Assembly: GCA_000004985.1 (NCBI GenBank)
Contig: GG739583.1
Reading direction: 5' to 3' (one strand)
Source: Naegleria gruberi
Lineage: Eukaryota
Length of the DNA: 1,070 nucleotides
How positions within the stretch are numbered: position 1 is the stretch's first letter; each line of letters starts with the position of its first letter. The position numbers and the translations under genes are program-made. Under the pieces are notes generated by a model, which saw nothing but the letters and a program-made list of their open reading frames with translations, was not told where the DNA came from and ran no database searches. This document shows positions 1-1,070 of this stretch, piece after piece.

Positions 1-1
1 C

Positions 2-253
2 TTCAACACTGAAGATGTTTCTCAACTTATCAAGAATGCTATATTCTCTGTTGATTCAGAAATCACTGTTTCTGGTCACAGTTTACGTATTGGTGCAACT
101 ACTGAGAGTATTATCAAGGGAATTCCTACTCAGGATATTATTATGGGGACTAGACATAAGGATGTGAAATCTTTACAACCTTATCAAAGACAAGAAGCTC
201 TTGTAGCTCGCCACTTGTCTACTACTCTCCTTTCTCAGGACAATATCCATTAG
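2..253 (+). CDS. Tyrosine recombinase (phage-integrase/Cre-like family). C-terminal catalytic fragment; the 5' end is truncated by the window edge. Stop codon TAG at 251-253.
   Basis: Frame 2 is open from the window edge and translates to FNTEDVSQLIKNAIFSVDSEITVSGHSLRIGATTESIIKGIPTQDIIMGTRHKDVKSLQPYQRQEALVARHLSTTLLSQDNIH*. It carries box I 'GHSLRIG' (His at codon 77-79, Arg at 86-88), box II His at 155-157 and the nucleophile Tyr at 182-184. The H/R/H/Y spacing (0, +3, +26, +35) equals the Cre spacing H289/R292/W315/Y324. About 22 residues follow the Tyr before the stop, as in Cre. GC is about 38% here versus about 26% downstream. Confidence 0.85.
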   Translation, partial: FNTEDVSQLIKNAIFSVDSEITVSGHSLRIGATTESIIKGIPTQDIIMGTRHKDVKSLQPYQRQEALVARHLSTTLLSQDNIH

Positions 254-285
254 TTTATTTATTGTTGGTTTTCTTTTAAGAAACA
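243..285 (+). repeat. 43-bp perfect direct repeat, copy 1 (atatccattagtttatttattgttggttttcttttaagaaaca). It overlaps the last three codons (I-H-stop) of the recombinase gene. Candidate recombination core or att-type site.
   Basis: All 43 positions are identical to 772-814. The boundaries are sharp: position 242 is a where 771 is t, and 286 is t where 815 is c. The copy contains the recurrent ATTAGTTTATT motif at 249-259. Confidence 0.9.
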
Positions 286-336
286 TGTTCTTATCGAAGT
301 TTACTGAGATAAAGTAGTGTTTCTTGAAAACAACAA

Positions 337-351
337 TTGAATAAACTAATA
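337..351 (-). repeat. Left arm of a 15-bp perfect inverted repeat (plus-strand ttgaataaactaata; reverse complement tattagtttattcaa).
   Basis: Its reverse complement is identical to 411-425. It contains the ATTAGTTTATT motif in inverted orientation. For a 15-mer inverted match the chance expectation in this window is about 0.01. Confidence 0.75.
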
Positions 352-354
352 GAA

Positions 355-380
355 AGTATGATCAAAAAAATTGTCATACT
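355..380. other. Hairpin with a 7-bp perfect stem (agtatga / tcatact) and a 12-nt A-rich loop (tcaaaaaaattg).
   Basis: 355-361 agtatga is the reverse complement of 374-380 tcatact. The stem is AT-rich with only 2 GC pairs, so it is weak as an RNA terminator. On the minus strand it is followed by uucuauu. Confidence 0.4.
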
Positions 381-385
381 ATAGT

Positions 386-402
386 CCCACCCTTGCCCAC
401 CC
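386..402 (-). other. Motif on the minus strand capable of forming a G-quadruplex (G4): GGGTGGGCAAGGGTGGG. On the plus strand it reads cccacccttgcccaccc, an i-motif candidate.
   Basis: Four G3 tracts with loops of 1, 3 and 1 nt satisfy the canonical G3+N1-7 pattern, and short loops favour a stable parallel G4. It is the only GC cluster in a stretch of about 26% GC. It sits inside the inverted-repeat-bounded segment next to the hairpin. Confidence 0.6.
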
Positions 403-410
403 TCTATTAT

Positions 411-425
411 TATTAGTTTATTCAA
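411..425 (+). repeat. Right arm of the 15-bp perfect inverted repeat (tattagtttattcaa).
   Basis: Identical to the reverse complement of 337-351. The two arms enclose a 59-bp segment (352-410) that contains a hairpin and the G-tract motif. Confidence 0.75.
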
Positions 426-429
426 ATCA

Positions 430-443
430 AAGGTTCTAACCTT
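430..443. promoter_or_regulatory. 14-bp palindrome aaggtt-ct-aacctt (6-bp arms, 2-bp centre). Candidate dimeric protein-binding site.
   Basis: aaggtt (430-435) is the exact reverse complement of aacctt (438-443). It lies 5 bp after the right inverted-repeat arm. Confidence 0.3.
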
Positions 444-662
444 TATCCTTAATACTTTGGAATGTGATTTTTTAACCAATCCTCAAATATTTTCTCAATT
501 GATTGAAAGATTTCACTCTATTTGTATTATTGAAAGATGATTGTTATCATCTTTTTATCTTTGTATTATTATTTGATATTTGACAACTTGGTTTATTGTC
601 AGATTGCTTTAATTTAGTTTAGTTTTTGCTTTTTGTTAAGAAATCATAGTATGATTGTATTG

Positions 663-675
663 ATTAGTTTATTTA
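663..675 (+). repeat. Additional direct copy of the recurrent motif (attagtttattta), matching 249-261 and 778-790.
   Basis: A 13/13 match to the 5' part of the 43-bp repeat. It lies 109 bp upstream of repeat copy 2. Confidence 0.6.
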
Positions 676-734
676 ATTTCTGGACCTGCTGAATAAAACA
701 TAATGCCTAAAAACAGCAGTAACCAGGCTACAAA

Positions 735-752
735 CTACCTAAGAATAGGTAG
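735..752. other. Perfect hairpin ctaccta-agaa-taggtag (7-bp stem, 4-nt loop). It overlaps the stop codon of the minus-strand ORF.
   Basis: 735-741 is the reverse complement of 746-752. On the minus strand it is followed by only UUUG, so it is not a convincing intrinsic terminator. Confidence 0.35.
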
Positions 753-1070
753 AAGTTGTAGTGTGAGCTTTATATCCATTAGTTTATTTATTGTTGGTTT
801 TCTTTTAAGAAACACAACGCCAAAACCAGAATAGTTCTCCAAAAGAAACAATAAAACAATCGTTGATAAACCAATAGGTAGAAGCTCACTCAATATATTC
901 CACATCCAAAAGGATGGTATATGTTGCTCAGAAATGCTGCTTTGAAGGTCATTGACTTTATTGAACATTGTCCCGAGTAAATAAGGTTGTTTACAAAATC
1001 GAGATTGAAGTAGAACAACTCCTATAAAAAACCTGCATTGCAGGAAAAAATTAGTAAAACTCAATCCATA
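735..1070 (-). CDS. Hypothetical small hydrophobic (possibly membrane) protein, at least 111 codons. The 5' end probably lies beyond the window, since the frame is still open at position 1070. Stop codon TAG at 737-735.
   Basis: The only long open frame outside the recombinase gene. An open run of 111 or more codons on a roughly 72% AT strand has about 1e-4 chance per frame. There is no competing plus-strand ORF. The predicted protein has hydrophobic stretches (LSELLPIGLSTIVLLFLLENYSGFGVVFL) followed by a basic tail (KRKPTINK). The listed 'M' start is really TTG at 1064-1062, so the true start is unknown. The codon composition (Phe/Leu-rich) also resembles antisense or AT-rich noise, so confidence is moderate. 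Confidence 0.4.
   Translation of the reverse strand, partial: YGLSFTNFFLQCRFFIGVVLLQSRFCKQPYLLGTMFNKVNDLQSSISEQHIPSFWMWNILSELLPIGLSTIVLLFLLENYSGFGVVFLKRKPTINKLMDIKLTLQLLPILR
744..755 (+). repeat. 12-bp direct repeat aataggtagaag, copy 1. The partner copy is at 873-884.
   Basis: The two exact 12-mers are 129 bp (43 codons) apart and bracket 43-bp repeat copy 2. Each has an adjacent 7-mer: gtgagct at 763-769 and agctcac at 883-889, which are mutually inverted. A 12-mer direct repeat alone is only weakly significant here (expectation about 0.3). Confidence 0.4.
772..814 (+). repeat. 43-bp perfect direct repeat, copy 2. It lies 529 bp downstream of copy 1, inside the minus-strand ORF.
   Basis: Identical to 243-285 over all 43 positions with unrelated flanks on both sides. 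It reproduces ...ATC CAT TAG of the recombinase 3' end. A chance match is negligible, even at this AT bias. Confidence 0.9.
873..884 (+). repeat. 12-bp direct repeat aataggtagaag, copy 2.
   Basis: Exact match to 744-755. It overlaps agctcac, the inverted partner of gtgagct at 763-769. Confidence 0.4.

Larger units (their letters stand above)
254..734. promoter_or_regulatory. Non-coding, repeat-dense region between convergent genes. Candidate site-specific recombination (att-like) region carrying iterated recombinase-binding-like motifs.
   Basis: No credible ORF is present. GC falls to about 26%. The region holds five or more copies of ATTAGTTTATT at 249, 341 (inverted), 412, 663 and 778, a looser variant at 614, and multiple palindromes. 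It sits immediately 3' of a tyrosine recombinase gene, as attP sits next to int in temperate phages. Confidence 0.4.

Noticed and set aside
251-300. Considered a ciliate-type genetic code (TAG read as Gln), which would extend the recombinase ORF to the TGA at 298-300.
   Set aside because: The C-terminal length after the catalytic Tyr already matches Cre-like recombinases with the TAG stop. The extension would be a low-complexity FIYCWFSFKKHVLIEVY tail.
254-330. Looked for an intrinsic terminator after the recombinase stop codon.
   Set aside because: No GC-rich stem followed by a T-tract is present. The only pairing is weak AT-rich pseudo-stems (tgtttc...aaaaca). The hairpins at 355-380 and 735-752 lack convincing U-tracts.
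291-479. 62-aa ORF on the minus strand from the supplied track.
   Set aside because: It begins at TTG rather than ATG. It lies entirely inside the repeat and palindrome-rich AT-rich region. It runs across the inverted-repeat pair, the hairpin and the G-tract (GGQGWD is just the G4 motif translated). Its Ile/Leu/Phe-rich composition is typical of antisense or AT noise. There is no RBS evidence.
503-530. Sigma70-like promoter candidate TTGAAA-16 bp-TATTAT on the plus strand. Similar candidates include TTGACA at 580-585 and a TATAGT -10-like hexamer on the minus strand at 378-383.
   Set aside because: At about 75% AT, near-consensus -35 and -10 hexamers arise by chance many times per kb. There is no downstream gene in the right orientation and no experimental support, so it is not called.
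521-570. Short direct repeats tttgtattatt (521-531 and 560-570) and attgaaagat (502-511 and 529-538), and the palindrome tcaattga (496-503).
   Set aside because: Repeats of 10 to 11 bp made of low-complexity AT sequence are expected at this composition. They show no relation to the recombinase-associated motif family.
680-727. Inverted 6-mers ctgctg (686-691) and cagcag (714-719) with a 22-nt loop, as a possible structured RNA or terminator for the minus-strand ORF.
   Set aside because: The stem is short, the loop is long, there is no flanking U-tract, and a 6-bp inverted repeat is expected by chance. It is only a local GC blip.
1-1070. tRNA or tmRNA gene as an integration target, a CRISPR array, or IS or transposase terminal inverted repeats.
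   Set aside because: No GC-rich cloverleaf-like segment is present, and the 43-mer is AT-rich and not tRNA-like. The repeats are not regularly spaced with spacers of uniform length. No transposase ORF is present, and the 12-bp direct repeats lack adjacent terminal inverted repeats.

Overview
This is an AT-rich window (by hand count about 38% GC across 1-240 and about 26% GC across 254-734) with three parts.

(1) Positions 2-253 on the + strand are the 3' end of a gene for a tyrosine site-specific recombinase (integrase). The spacing of its catalytic residues matches Cre: His, then Arg 3 residues on, His 26 on, Tyr 35 on.

(2) Positions 254-734 are a roughly 480-bp non-coding stretch that is very AT-rich and dense with structure:
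- a 43-bp perfect direct repeat whose first copy overlaps the recombinase stop codon (243-285), with its second copy 529 bp downstream (772-814);
- an 11-nt motif, ATTAGTTTATT, present at least 5 times in both orientations;
- a 15-bp perfect inverted-repeat pair (337-351 and 411-425) enclosing a hairpin and an isolated motif of the form G3-N1-G3-N3-G3-N1-G3 on the - strand, which could form a G-quadruplex;
- further palindromes.

(3) A hydrophobic ORF of at least 111 codons lies on the - strand (735-1070, open to the window edge). It converges on the recombinase gene, and the second 43-bp repeat copy sits inside it, in frame.

The layout (int 3' end, then a repeat-rich site, then a convergent gene) resembles an attP or att junction of a temperate phage or integrative element from a low-GC host. 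The 43-bp repeats could also delimit an excisable 529-bp unit. No tRNA, rRNA, CRISPR array or transposase was seen. Host and element family cannot be determined from sequence alone.
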